Below are positions 9,060 to 19,221 of a stretch of DNA of 42,290 nucleotides, one piece after another. The DNA is from an uncultured bacterium (lineage in GTDB: Bacteria; Hydrogenedentota; Hydrogenedentia; Hydrogenedentales; JAEUWI01). The stretch spans positions 1-42,290 of the forward strand of contig CAXBPH010000020.1 in assembly GCA_963977445.1 (NCBI GenBank), written 5' to 3'. The translations under genes and the position numbers were made by a program. Position 1 is the first letter of the stretch, and each line of letters begins with the position of its first letter. Under the pieces are notes generated by a model. It worked only from the letters and a program-made list of their open reading frames with translations. It had not been told where the DNA came from and searched no databases.

Positions 9060-10224
9060 ATGAACAAACCCGAACTCGCGCTGTACCGCGATCTGCTCGG
9101 CGACATTAAGACTCGAGTTCGCGCGGCACAGTCTCGTGCGGCACGCGCGGCCAACGCGGAATTGATTCTCCTCTATTGGGATATCGGCCGAATGATTTCG
9201 GCGAGGCAGGAAAAGGCCGGTTGGGGTGCCGGACTGTTGCGCAGGCTTGCACTGGACCTGCGTAACGAAATCCCAGACGTTAAGGGGTTTTCGGAGCGGA
9301 ACTTACAACTGATGGCTCAATTCTGGAACGAGTATCCTGAGCTAGCACCAAATCCGCAACGGGCCGTTGCGGATTTAGCCACCCACCGGATAGACACCGC
9401 TCAACCTGATTCAATTAAAGACATTGCGCCCCGGGAAACCATCGAAAAAAACGCCAAATATGGCCGTATCTTCAATTATGCAACGGGCCGTTGCGCAATT
9501 GAGCTGGGCCCACAATGTCGTCCTCATCCAAAAGGTCAAGGACCTTCCGACCCGCCTGTGGTATGCCCGGGAGACATTGGAGCAAGGCTGGAGCCGCGAC
9601 ACGTTGTCGGTACAGATCAAGAACCGCGCCCACGAGCGGCGGGGCAGTGCCGTCACGAATTTTGACCAGACATTGCCCGCACACCATGCGGAAATTGCCG
9701 GGCAAATGCTCAAGGATCCCTATCTTTTCGATTTTCTCACCCTGGAGGAGCCTTTTCACGAGCGAGAGTTGGAGGTCGGGCTACTCACCCATATCCAGAA
9801 GTTCTTACTTGAGCTCGGCCGCGGCTTCGCATTTGTCGGACGCCAGTACCGACTGGAGGTTGGGGAAATAGAATTCTACCTCGACCTTCTTTTCTACCAC
9901 CTCCACCTTCGCTGCTTCGTTGCCATTGATCTCAAGAAGGGCGACTTCAAACCAGAATATGCGGGGAAGATGAATTTCTACTGTTCCGTGGTGGATGACC
10001 AACTCCGCCATGAACTGGACGAAGCGACTATCGGACTCGTCCTCTGCCAGACCAAGGACCATGTCCTCGCGGAATACGCGCTCCGCGATATCCACAAACC
10101 CATCGGGGGCGCCGACTATGAATTGACCCGTGCGCTGCCCGACACTCTGGTCTCCAGTCTTCCGAGCATTGAAGATATCGAAACGGAACTTACGGAGAGC
10201 CTTCGCGAAGAACGTTCGCGCTAA
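9060..10224 (+). pseudogene. yhcG: DUF1016/YhcG PD-(D/E)XK nuclease family gene, split by a +1 frameshift
   Basis: N-terminal domain (LYWDIG, GWGAG, GFSERNL..M) is in ORF 9024..9665. C-terminal part (LSWAHN, KDPYLFDFL, LELGRGFAFVGRQ, DLLFYH, GKMNFY) is in ORF 9424..10224. An A7 run at 9445-9451 lies in the switch zone. Confidence 0.88.
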
Positions 10225-10260
10225 AACTGCAAGGGCAGAAAACGCCCGACCAAAAGGCCC

Positions 10261-11706
10261 CTACCGCTCCGTGGCGCTGGCGATGCGCGGGATAGAATCT
10301 TCCTTTTTCGACACCCTGCGCCGCAGGCCTTCCACCACCTCCCGGTAGGCCGAAACGCTCGCGAGGTTAAAAAACTGCCTGGGGTCCTTGCTCAGGTCGT
10401 AGAGTTCTTCGGATTCGTCCCCGTAACGTATATAGGACCATCGTGCCGTGGTAAGGGCGTGGGCATCGTCCATGCATGTATACACTGCATCATGGACGAC
10501 CGTACCCGGCGTCGCCATGGCCGGCACCAGACTTTTACCCTGGCAATGGTCCGGCACGTCGAGTCCCGCCAGGGTGGCCAGGGTGGGATAAAGATCAATT
10601 TGCTGTGCCAGGCTATCGGTCACCGCAGCCGCATAGCCCGGTGCATCGATAATCACGGGGATACGAATCGATTCTTCGTGGAGACTCATTTTTTGCCAGA
10701 ACTCATGCTCACCAAGGTGGTAGCCGTGGTCGCTGGTAAACACCACAATGGTGTTTTCCCGAAGCCCCAGCTCGTCCAACGCGGCGAGGATGCGGCCAAC
10801 CTGGGCATCCATGAAGGCGACGGAGGCGTAGTAGGCCGACAGGACTTCCTGTTTTGAGCCATCGGTTTCCAGACCACTCCCTGCGCTGTTCTTAGAGATG
10901 CCTGCTTTGGGGATATCGTCCCAATCCCCATCGATTCCAGGGGCGAGCTTCATTGCTGCGGGCGTATAGGGCTCAAAATAGGCTCTTGGGGCGACCAGAG
11001 GCACGTGGGGACGGACGAGGCCCACGGCCAGAAAAAAGGGCGCCTTGTGGTGGCTTTTCAACAATGCGATAGCCTTCGTCGCCGCCTGGACATCCGGTTG
11101 CTCGGCGCCGTCGGTATCGCCTTTCACCACGTAAAAGGCACCGCCAAATCCAAGTCCATAGTGTTTATCCGGGTCGAAATTCAGCGTTTCATTGGTCAGG
11201 TTACCCTTTTCCCCGCTACTCATCCACTCGGGCCCCTGACAATTGAAGCGTTCCGTCCAGGAGGGTAAATGGTCGGGCCCGTCCACGCCCGCCGTAATGT
11301 CACCGGGAACGCGCATGTGGTAAATTTTGCTGACCCGTGCGGTGTAGTAGCCGGATTGTTTGAAGAGGCCAGCAAAAGACGGTCGGTCACCCAAGTTTTT
11401 CGTAAAATTGCTGGATGCCCCATTGCCCATGACGCCGATAGCCTGGGGATACATGCCGGACATAAGGGCGGCGCGGGACGGACCACACACGGGATACTGG
11501 CTATAGGCCCGGGCAAATCGGACGCCCTGCTCCGCGAGGCCATCTATGTTGGGCGTGGATGACTGCACATTGCCATAGCAGGACAGGGCCTCCGCCGTGA
11601 GGTCGTCGGAGATAATGAACAATACGTTGGGGTTTGAAGAGGGCACGGCCTCTGCGGCGAGGTGCAGACTTATCAGAATCAACAGGGCGGATACAGCAGT
11701 ACGCAT
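10261..11706 (-). CDS. secreted formylglycine-dependent sulfatase (iduronate-sulfatase-like)
   Basis: Start at ATG 11706 with signal peptide. PNVLFIISDDL, CGPSRAALMSG (CxPxR), SKIYH, RPHVP, TSDHGYHLGEH, ELYDL..DP. Confidence 0.93.
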   Translation of the reverse strand: MRTAVSALLILISLHLAAEAVPSSNPNVLFIISDDLTAEALSCYGNVQSSTPNIDGLAEQGVRFARAYSQYPVCGPSRAALMSGMYPQAIGVMGNGASSNFTKNLGDRPSFAGLFKQSGYYTARVSKIYHMRVPGDITAGVDGPDHLPSWTERFNCQGPEWMSSGEKGNLTNETLNFDPDKHYGLGFGGAFYVVKGDTDGAEQPDVQAATKAIALLKSHHKAPFFLAVGLVRPHVPLVAPRAYFEPYTPAAMKLAPGIDGDWDDIPKAGISKNSAGSGLETDGSKQEVLSAYYASVAFMDAQVGRILAALDELGLRENTIVVFTSDHGYHLGEHEFWQKMSLHEESIRIPVIIDAPGYAAAVTDSLAQQIDLYPTLATLAGLDVPDHCQGKSLVPAMATPGTVVHDAVYTCMDDAHALTTARWSYIRYGDESEELYDLSKDPRQFFNLASVSAYREVVEGLRRRVSKKEDSIPRIASATER

Positions 11707-11919
11707 GGGGACACCTTTCCTGAGGCGATATTGTGAACAGCACTCCCCGTAGCTTAGTAAAACGGCGGGGCCTACGCAAGCGTTGGAAAAGAGGTCGTAT
11801 ATACCGTGCATCGGCACCTGCTGGAAGCGACACGGGCCATTCCGCCACTCTTTTGCTATACTGCCGTTCAACGCAGGTAAATCGGAACGAATTTCGAACA
11901 CGTACGAGGCAGGCACTTC

Positions 11920-13773
11920 ATGAACTCCATTCGCCATTCCGTCATTCTTTTTTGCGTAGGTCTTTGCGCATCGGCCTTCGCGGACCAGGGTTTCCGCATT
12001 ATCCCCCACCTCAACAATATCACGGTGGACGGTGCCACCCTCATATGGGAGAGCAAGGAGCCCTATACCGGGTCTATCACGTATGGACAGGAAGGCTCCC
12101 TGGATAAGTCGGTACAGGGAGACAAAGACGGCACCATCCATCGCTTGCGCATCGACGGGCTTAAAGCCGAGTCGAAATACCAGTATTCCATTACCTGCGG
12201 CGACGATGTGCGAAGCGGCACCATTACCACTGCCCCCGCAACGGCACGGCCCATCACCTTTGTGCTCATTGGCGATTCCCGACGTTGGGGTACCCGTTGG
12301 GAAGAGACCAACATGGAGGCCCACGTGGCCCAATGGAAGCCCGAATTCTACCTCACCATGGGTGACCTGGTGCCGAGCGGCCACTCCTATGAGCAATGGC
12401 CCGAACACTTCAATCGTTTTGAGAGCCTGATTGGCGATACGTGGATGGTCACGGCCCGGGGCAACCACGAGGGCTCCCAGGTTTTTGCGCCGGAGGAAGA
12501 CTGGTTTGCGAAGTACCACGAACTGCCGGGCAAGGGTGAGCCCTGGTCTGATTTTACGTGGGGAAACACCCACTTCTCCCTCATTTCCTTCGAGCAGACG
12601 GCGAGCACAGAAACGGTAGAATGGCTCGACGCAAACCTGCAGAATCAGGATGCCCAATGGAAAGTGACGGCCCACCACTTCCCCGTCTATTGCACTGGAT
12701 ATGACTCCCCCATTGACAAACGTAAGGAAATGGGCGAAAGCACCTTTAAGCCCCTGGCCGATTCGCTGGACCGCAATAACGTGACCCTGGACCTGGCAGG
12801 TCATACCCATATCTATGAACGCCTTCACAGCATTCGCGCGGGCAAACGGGATGACGAGAATGGCACCCTCTACCTCATCAACGGTGGCGATATCGGTGCC
12901 AACTACCCGGATTGGTTCACGGCGACCAACGACCACAACAAGCCCTATGACCAGCCAACCTACACCGTATTCCATATGGGAGAAGATCGGGTCTGGTTTC
13001 GCACCTTTTGCTGGTCCAAAGAGACCGAAGCCATCATCGAAATCGATTACCATATTATCTGGCGCGACGAAGCCATACCCCAGGCCGTGCTGGCACGACT
13101 GGATGGGGCCACCGGCGCGGCACTCCTGGAAACGGTGGTCGAGTTGGGCGGCCTGAGCTACGCCCCGGCCGCACCAAAACTTGTGGCCCTGCTGGACTCG
13201 GAAGACGTCTCGTTGCGACACGCCGTGGCCACGTCAATTCGACAAATCGGTACCGATTCGGTCGCCTCTTCCCTGATACCCTATCTCGACGATGCCGATC
13301 TCTTTGTGCGTCGTGAGCTTGCTCGGGCGCTGGAAATTGCCATGACACCCGACGTTACGGATTCGGTCGTGGCGGCAATCATGGACCCCAATCAGGATCT
13401 TGATACGCGGGTGAACCTCGTGGGTGCCCTCCAATTCAATGGCGTTCCCGCTACGGCAACGACACTCTTCCTGAAACTCCTCCAGGACACGGACACCGCA
13501 TCGAAAGTACGGGAGCGAGCGGCCTATGCAATGACCAATACCGTCGATGTGGCGCAGTTGGAGGCCGTGTTTGACCTGTTCCGAGCGGAAACGGAGGCGT
13601 ATGTGCTTGCCCGGCTGGCCTTCACCCTGAACGATTTGACGGGCCGCATTCAGAACCCCGACCCCAAGTCGGCCATCGGGCGGTCAAAACCGGGCGAAGA
13701 ACGGGACAAGTACATCAAGAAATGGCGGGACTGGCTGGAAAAGGAACTGGAAAAAGAGAAGGCTGCCGCGTAA
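11920..13773 (+). CDS. secreted FN3 plus calcineurin-like metallophosphoesterase with C-terminal HEAT repeats
   Basis: Signal peptide, FN3-like IDGLKAESKYQYSI, then GDSR, GDLV, GNHE, HHFPVY, AGHTHIYER. HEAT repeats LLDSED..LR..VA..I and LDDAD..VRR..A.AL. Confidence 0.85.
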   Translation: MNSIRHSVILFCVGLCASAFADQGFRIIPHLNNITVDGATLIWESKEPYTGSITYGQEGSLDKSVQGDKDGTIHRLRIDGLKAESKYQYSITCGDDVRSGTITTAPATARPITFVLIGDSRRWGTRWEETNMEAHVAQWKPEFYLTMGDLVPSGHSYEQWPEHFNRFESLIGDTWMVTARGNHEGSQVFAPEEDWFAKYHELPGKGEPWSDFTWGNTHFSLISFEQTASTETVEWLDANLQNQDAQWKVTAHHFPVYCTGYDSPIDKRKEMGESTFKPLADSLDRNNVTLDLAGHTHIYERLHSIRAGKRDDENGTLYLINGGDIGANYPDWFTATNDHNKPYDQPTYTVFHMGEDRVWFRTFCWSKETEAIIEIDYHIIWRDEAIPQAVLARLDGATGAALLETVVELGGLSYAPAAPKLVALLDSEDVSLRHAVATSIRQIGTDSVASSLIPYLDDADLFVRRELARALEIAMTPDVTDSVVAAIMDPNQDLDTRVNLVGALQFNGVPATATTLFLKLLQDTDTASKVRERAAYAMTNTVDVAQLEAVFDLFRAETEAYVLARLAFTLNDLTGRIQNPDPKSAIGRSKPGEERDKYIKKWRDWLEKELEKEKAAA

Positions 13774-13930
13774 CGAAACGGGCAGGAATCGGGTATTCTT
13801 TCCGAAACCTTGTGGCGAGTTCGCCTTGGTAATTAACCCAGGCCGACCGTGAATACCTGTCCTTTCGACCTGCCCCCCCGACATTCGCTATAATCCAGCC
13901 ATTCACCAACCCAAGCTCTGTGGAGTCGTC

Positions 13931-15118
13931 ATGTCATTCTTAGTTACAGCCTGTCTCACCCTGTTGGGCGCTACCCAGCCCCTCGTGGTGGATGACTTTA
14001 CCTTTGAAGGACCTTTAGGCTGTGCCGGAGCCACTATAGAGGCCGTCGGTGCCAATCATTTCGTCGTGACGCCAGGTCACGCACCGGAACAACCGACGTG
14101 GTCCAATAAGGTTCAATTCTCTATCCTGCAGCACGCCAAGGGAAACAATCTGACCCTCGATGTGTCCTTTCCGACGGACGGCCCCTACGAGTTCAACGAA
14201 TACTTCTACTCCTACTCCTATGACGGTGAAGAATGGCAGCCCGTACATTGGGAAAAAGGGAGAAAGGCGGGCAAAGGAGCCGACACCCTCGTCTTCCCCA
14301 CCTTTACCGAAGACAAGGTCTACGTAGGTCATCAGGTGCCCTTCTCCTATGAAGATTTCTTGCGCTATAAGCGCACGTGGGATCAACACGAGGATGTGAC
14401 GTCTGTCGCACTCGGAAAATCCCTCGGAGGACGTGATCTGTGGCGTATGGAGATCACGGGCAAGGACAGTACGGTCCCCCGGTCCCAGCGATGGGTCCAC
14501 CATATTTCCAACCAGCATCCCGGTGAATTCAATTCTCACTGGCGCATCGTAGGCCTGGTGGAGTGGCTCTTGAGCGACGCGGGCAAAGATTGCCGTGACC
14601 GTATGATATTCCACATCGTTCCCTTTATGAGTCCCGATGCCCCCTCCAATGGCTGGTATCGTGTGAATGCCCAGGGTATCGACATGAACCGCTCCTATTT
14701 TGCGGGCGGTGCCGACCCCGAGAAGCAGGCCCACGAAGCCTATCTCGTCCAACACGACTTGGAGGCACTTATGGCTTCCGACGCACCGGTGACCTCGATC
14801 TGGAGCATGCACACCTGGGGCGGCCAGGTGGAACCCCTCGTGCGGCCGGGCCCGGAATTCGGCAATTCCCTCGGTAGCGTGGACGACTTTGAATCTATAC
14901 TGAACCGCCTCGACACGGGCGCGTTGATCATACCGCTGAAAGCGCGGACCAATGAGATCAATGGTACCTATTGGTCTGGCGGTCCCCATCAGCAATTTGG
15001 TATCTCCGGCTTTCTATGTGAAGGCGCGGGCGCAATTTATACGAAGGAAGAGAATAAGGAGTCGGGCCGCATTCTGGCCCGGGGCCTGTCGGAGTTTTAT
15101 CGTGGCACCCGCCCGTAA
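13931..15118 (+). CDS. M14 family zinc carboxypeptidase
   Basis: LGKSLGGRDL, QHPGE (HxxE), PFMSPD, GIDMNR and SMHTW motifs. Confidence 0.85.
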   Translation: MSFLVTACLTLLGATQPLVVDDFTFEGPLGCAGATIEAVGANHFVVTPGHAPEQPTWSNKVQFSILQHAKGNNLTLDVSFPTDGPYEFNEYFYSYSYDGEEWQPVHWEKGRKAGKGADTLVFPTFTEDKVYVGHQVPFSYEDFLRYKRTWDQHEDVTSVALGKSLGGRDLWRMEITGKDSTVPRSQRWVHHISNQHPGEFNSHWRIVGLVEWLLSDAGKDCRDRMIFHIVPFMSPDAPSNGWYRVNAQGIDMNRSYFAGGADPEKQAHEAYLVQHDLEALMASDAPVTSIWSMHTWGGQVEPLVRPGPEFGNSLGSVDDFESILNRLDTGALIIPLKARTNEINGTYWSGGPHQQFGISGFLCEGAGAIYTKEENKESGRILARGLSEFYRGTRP

Positions 15119-15154
15119 AGCACAGGGGTATATTCGTCCGATTTTTCGTCGAGG

Positions 15155-15183
15155 TTGACGGACCCCAGGGGCGGTGCTACACT
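15155..15183 (+). promoter_or_regulatory. sigma70-type promoter for the maoC-thiolase-etf operon
   Basis: TTGACG, 17-nt spacer, TACACT with extended TG, upstream of the GAGGAG RBS and GTG at 15219. Confidence 0.65.
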
Positions 15184-15218
15184 GATCTACCTAGCGTTAG
15201 GTACAAGAGGAGTCGTTT

Positions 15219-15695
15219 GTGGATTACGAAGACGGTATCTACTACGAAGATTTGCATGTAAACGACAGTGCGACCACACCCGGTCGCACCATTACAGAAA
15301 CGGATATCGTCAATTTTGCGGGTATCTCGGGCGATTTTAACCGGATTCATACCGATGAGGAATTCGCGGCCAACATGCATTTTGGCCAGCGTATCGCCCA
15401 CGGCATGTTGGGTCTTTCGGTTAGTTCGGGACTGGTCACCCGAAACCCCGGTGCACAACAGCATATGCTGATCGCCTGGTTGGGTTTGAGCTGGGATTTT
15501 AAGCGCCCTATTCTTATTGGTGATACGATTCGCGTGGTACAGACGGTCAAAGAAAAGCGACCGACACGCAAGCCGGATTCTGGTCTGATAATTTTCGACA
15601 TTAATGTGTTAAACCAGCGTGGTAAAGTCTGCCAGGCTGGCGAGTGGAAAGTCATGTATATGCGTCGGGAAGAAAAGGAGCGCGTGGAGGAATAA
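15219..15695 (+). CDS. MaoC/hotdog-fold (R)-specific enoyl-CoA hydratase
   Basis: YYEDL, RTITETDIVNFAGISGDFNRIHTD (D-x-N-x-x-H), GQRIAHGML, F.RPILIGDT. Confidence 0.9.
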   Translation: MDYEDGIYYEDLHVNDSATTPGRTITETDIVNFAGISGDFNRIHTDEEFAANMHFGQRIAHGMLGLSVSSGLVTRNPGAQQHMLIAWLGLSWDFKRPILIGDTIRVVQTVKEKRPTRKPDSGLIIFDINVLNQRGKVCQAGEWKVMYMRREEKERVEE

Positions 15696-15765
15696 CCTCC
15701 CCTTTCCATGCCCCCCCCGCTGTGCTGACTGGATGGCAGCCGTGAACCGCGTTAGCGGTGCGTGA

Positions 15766-16386
15766 GTGGACATGGATTTGAGCCCCCATAGCCCGAGTGA
15801 TCGCCCTTTAAAGGGTGCCCTGCACACCCACACCACCAAATCGGATGGCAAACTCCATCCGGAAGAGGTGTTGCGGGTCTACCGGGATCTGGGCTTCGAT
15901 TTCATCGCCCTGACCGACCACGACTTCCTCATGATGCCCCATGCCTATGACGCAGTGCCCGATGAATTTGAGGACATGCTCATCTTCAAGGGCATCGAGC
16001 GCACCGTTTTTGCCCGAGGCTACCTCCACTACAATGAAATCCATGGTGACGACGAGGTCATCCATATCTTCAATCACCCCGCCGAGTATGACTTGACGGT
16101 TGACGAGGTCAAGTCGCGGCTGGAAGAATTGGAAACCTCCCTCCCCATTCACGCCATGGAAGTGAGCCAGAAAGGCTACTACACGCCGGAATTCGATATC
16201 CCCTTATTCCCCTACCCCAAGGTGGTGTCCGATGATTCCCACACCCGAGAAGGCTGTGGTCGGGCCTGGGTAGAGGTCCCGTGTGGGCGGGATAAGGACA
16301 CTATCCTCCGTTCCATAAAAAACGGTGAAGCCACCCTCAATTACCGCTGGACCGCCGAGCAAACGACCTGGGCAGGGAAAACCTGA
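15766..16386 (+). CDS. PHP-domain metal-dependent phosphoesterase
   Basis: LKGALHTHTTKSDG, DFIALTDHD, NHP and SDDSH motifs. Stop codon overlaps the next ATG (TGATG). Confidence 0.85.
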   Translation: MDMDLSPHSPSDRPLKGALHTHTTKSDGKLHPEEVLRVYRDLGFDFIALTDHDFLMMPHAYDAVPDEFEDMLIFKGIERTVFARGYLHYNEIHGDDEVIHIFNHPAEYDLTVDEVKSRLEELETSLPIHAMEVSQKGYYTPEFDIPLFPYPKVVSDDSHTREGCGRAWVEVPCGRDKDTILRSIKNGEATLNYRWTAEQTTWAGKT

Positions 16387-17534
16387 TGGCCCTCTCACAA
16401 CGCGTCGGCATCTGCGCCGTAGCGCAGACAACGTTTTCGCCCAACCGCTGGGAGGAACGGGTCCAGGGCCTGGTCTGGGACGTGGTGAAGTCCGTAAAGG
16501 ACGCCGTGGGGCTCGGTTTTGAGGAAGGCGGTATCGAGGCCTCCATCACCGTTTCTGATGACCTCTTTGACGCCCGTACCATCTCCGACAATGCCGTTAC
16601 CGATGTGGTGGGTGCCCATTTTCGGGGAGAAGAAAAAGTGGCCGCCGATGGGGCGCAGGGAGTCTACTACGGAGTCTCCACCATCCTCTCCGGCCACCAC
16701 GACGTGGTCTTGCTGGCGGGCCATTGTAAGGAATCCCAGGCGGCCAGCCGGAATCAAATTACTCACCTGGCCTTTGACCCCTTCTTCACCCGCCCCCTCG
16801 GCCTGGACTACCTGGCAGCGGCGGCACTCCAGGCCCAGGCCTATCTGGCCCGCTCGGGCGTGACCGAAATGCAGCTTGCCGACCTCGTGATGCGTTCCCG
16901 CCACTGGGCGGCACGGAATCCCGTCGCCCAGGAACAGAGCCGCATCACGGTCGAAGAAATTCTCAGTGCACCCATGCTCGCCGACCCAATCCGCGCTTCT
17001 TTTATGTATCCCGTGAGCGATGGGGCCATTGCCATGGTGTTGGCCTCGGAAGAGCGTGCGCGGGACCTCTGTGATAACCCGGTGTGGATTACGGGGCTCG
17101 GCAACAGCCACGACGCCTTCTATCTCGGCGAACGTGACCTGAGTCGGGCCAAGTCCCTCGAAGAGGCCGCCCAGCGGGCCTATCGCATGGCGGACATCGA
17201 CACCCCCGGGACCGCCTTCGATGTGGTGGAGATTGCCGACCAATATGCCCACCAACTCCCCCTCTATGCCGAAGCCCTCGGCCTTTGCAACGATGGGGCG
17301 GCCTGGTTGCGTGAAGGTGGTCCGGATGCCCAGCAGGTGAATCATTCCGGTGGCATGCTTGCCGGTAACCCCCTCATGCTGGGTGGGCTGGCCCGGGTCG
17401 CCGAATGTGTGCTCCAACTCCAGGGCAAGGCCGGCGGACGACAGGTGCCCCAGGCCCATTGTGCGGTTGCCCAGGGTGCCACGGGCCCGGCCGGCCAATT
17501 GCAGACGGTGGTGGTATTGGAGAATGACCTATGA
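16386..17534 (+). CDS. thiolase-fold protein, SCP-x/Ltp4-like (non-canonical, probable aldolase subunit)
   Basis: Thiolase fold (PVSDGAIA, VNHSGG, QVP.A..A.AQG..G). No nucleophilic Cys (EEKVAADGAQ) and AGNP replaces GHP. SDDLFDARTISD resembles actinobacterial Ltp4 as recalled. Confidence 0.8.
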   Translation: MALSQRVGICAVAQTTFSPNRWEERVQGLVWDVVKSVKDAVGLGFEEGGIEASITVSDDLFDARTISDNAVTDVVGAHFRGEEKVAADGAQGVYYGVSTILSGHHDVVLLAGHCKESQAASRNQITHLAFDPFFTRPLGLDYLAAAALQAQAYLARSGVTEMQLADLVMRSRHWAARNPVAQEQSRITVEEILSAPMLADPIRASFMYPVSDGAIAMVLASEERARDLCDNPVWITGLGNSHDAFYLGERDLSRAKSLEEAAQRAYRMADIDTPGTAFDVVEIADQYAHQLPLYAEALGLCNDGAAWLREGGPDAQQVNHSGGMLAGNPLMLGGLARVAECVLQLQGKAGGRQVPQAHCAVAQGATGPAGQLQTVVVLENDL

Positions 17535-18727
17535 GCACGTCGAAGCGTAAGCACCGAAATGTGGGGATCATCGGTTGTGGGATGTCGGTCTTTTCCAGCC
17601 ATCGGGAAGAGGTCAATCAGCCCGAGATGATTCACGAGGCTGTGGCGGAAGCCCTGGCCGATGCGGGTATCACCCTGGCCGACGTCGATTGCGTGGTCCA
17701 TGGGAATATGGAACTTTTCGAGATGGTCCACCAGCCCGACATGTGGCACAGCCTCGGCAGTGGCGTGGTGGGCAAATCGGGCCTCCGCCTGACAACGGGC
17801 GGCACGACGGGCATGACCCTGGCCTGCGCGGCCGACAATCTTGTGGCGTCGGGACTCCATGATGTGGTGTTGGCCATTGGCTTTGAGAAACTCCAGGAAG
17901 GCCACACCACCGGCGGCATCTCCAATATGGCCGATCCTCTCTGGGGACGCAAACTTCAGGCGGGTGCGTTGACCGGTACGACGGCCCAGGCCATGATCGA
18001 TGAGTTTGGCAAAGAGCGGGCCTGTGACGCCGCCATGAAGCTGCGCATTATCATGGATGAACATGCGGCGCTGAATGACAAGGCCCACCGCAGCTTTGGC
18101 CTGGAGCGTCGCTATATTAAAGAGCTCACCGAAAACTCCCCGCCCCTGGTGGGTGAATTGCGGATGATTCACATGTGCAGTCAGAGTGATGGGGCCTGCG
18201 CCGTCATCTTCGCGGCTCCCCACAAGATAAAAGAATGGAACGCCAACCCCGCGTGGGTGGTGGACCACGAAACGGTCCATCGCGAGGAAAATGTGGTTTT
18301 CACCGGCACCAAGTCGACCCACCGGGTGGCCTCGGAGCGCCTCTTCGCCCGCAATGGTATCACCAATCCCCGGGAACAACTCGACGTATTTGAAATGTAT
18401 GACCCCTCGGCCTGGTGGGGGCTGGACTGGCTCCGTGAATTCCTCTTGCTGGAAGGTGACGAACACCTGAAGATGGTGGAGAACGATGAAATCGGCATCC
18501 AGGGCACCTTCCCGGTAAATCCCTCCGGCGGCGTCATGGCGAGTAATCCGATTGGTGCCACGGCCCTCGTTCGTGTGGCGGAAGCCGCCCTGCAGGTTCG
18601 CGGCACGGCGGGACGACATCAGGTGCCGAAAGAGGTCAAACGGGCACTGGCGTCCGGCTTTGGCGGGACCCTCTGGAGTGTCCTTATGCTGTTGGCCCGT
18701 GATGAACCTCAGGGAGCATCCCAATGA
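17531..18727 (+). CDS. thiolase-fold protein, SCP-x/Ltp3-like (probable retro-aldolase subunit)
   Basis: SDGACAV, FEMYDP, PVNPSGGVMASNPIGATAL.RVAEAALQV, ASGFGG. The nucleophile position reads TTGGTTG (no Cys). ATGA overlap with the previous gene. Confidence 0.82.
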   Translation: MSTSKRKHRNVGIIGCGMSVFSSHREEVNQPEMIHEAVAEALADAGITLADVDCVVHGNMELFEMVHQPDMWHSLGSGVVGKSGLRLTTGGTTGMTLACAADNLVASGLHDVVLAIGFEKLQEGHTTGGISNMADPLWGRKLQAGALTGTTAQAMIDEFGKERACDAAMKLRIIMDEHAALNDKAHRSFGLERRYIKELTENSPPLVGELRMIHMCSQSDGACAVIFAAPHKIKEWNANPAWVVDHETVHREENVVFTGTKSTHRVASERLFARNGITNPREQLDVFEMYDPSAWWGLDWLREFLLLEGDEHLKMVENDEIGIQGTFPVNPSGGVMASNPIGATALVRVAEAALQVRGTAGRHQVPKEVKRALASGFGGTLWSVLMLLARDEPQGASQ

Positions 18728-19221
18728 CCGATACCCCACGGGAACAGGAACTCATTGTCTCGAAGCAGATTCTCTCCATCGAACAAACGTTCTCCACGGG
18801 CCCTATCATGGGTCACTTTCTACGAGAGTTGCGGGACAACCAGCGCATCATGGCCCTGCGCTGTCGTGCGAATGGTCGCTTCCTTTTGCCCCCACGGGAG
18901 GTAGACGCGTGGAGCCTCTCTGACGATCTGGAATGGATTGAAGTGGGCCCCGAAGGTACCCTCTGTGAATTCGACGTGGTCTATTACGCCAGCCCCGATC
19001 CGTTGACGGGAGCCACGCGCAACGTACCCTATGTGATTGGCTGGGTCATTCTCGATGGCGTCGAAGGCCTTTCGCCCCTGTGGCACCTCATCCACACGAC
19101 GGACATCCCGGCGTTACGCCATGGACTCCGGGTGCGGGCCGTCTTTGCAGAAACCCGAACCGGGGCCATGGAGGACATTGTCCATTTTGAAGTCTTGAAC
19201 ACTGGGGAGACCGGCCCATGA
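18724..19221 (+). CDS. DUF35/ChsH2-like OB-fold acyl-CoA-binding protein
   Basis: FLRELRD..IMALRC...PPR, W.EVGPEGTL, PYVIG.V.LDG, GLRVRAVF...RTG.MEDI.HF. ATGA coupling. Confidence 0.85.
   Translation: MTDTPREQELIVSKQILSIEQTFSTGPIMGHFLRELRDNQRIMALRCRANGRFLLPPREVDAWSLSDDLEWIEVGPEGTLCEFDVVYYASPDPLTGATRNVPYVIGWVILDGVEGLSPLWHLIHTTDIPALRHGLRVRAVFAETRTGAMEDIVHFEVLNTGETGP

Noticed and set aside
11707..13221. N-terminal 505 aa of the 986-aa minus-strand ORF 10261..13221
   Set aside because: Antisense shadow of the metallophosphoesterase gene. The sulfatase starts at ATG 11706 with its own signal peptide.
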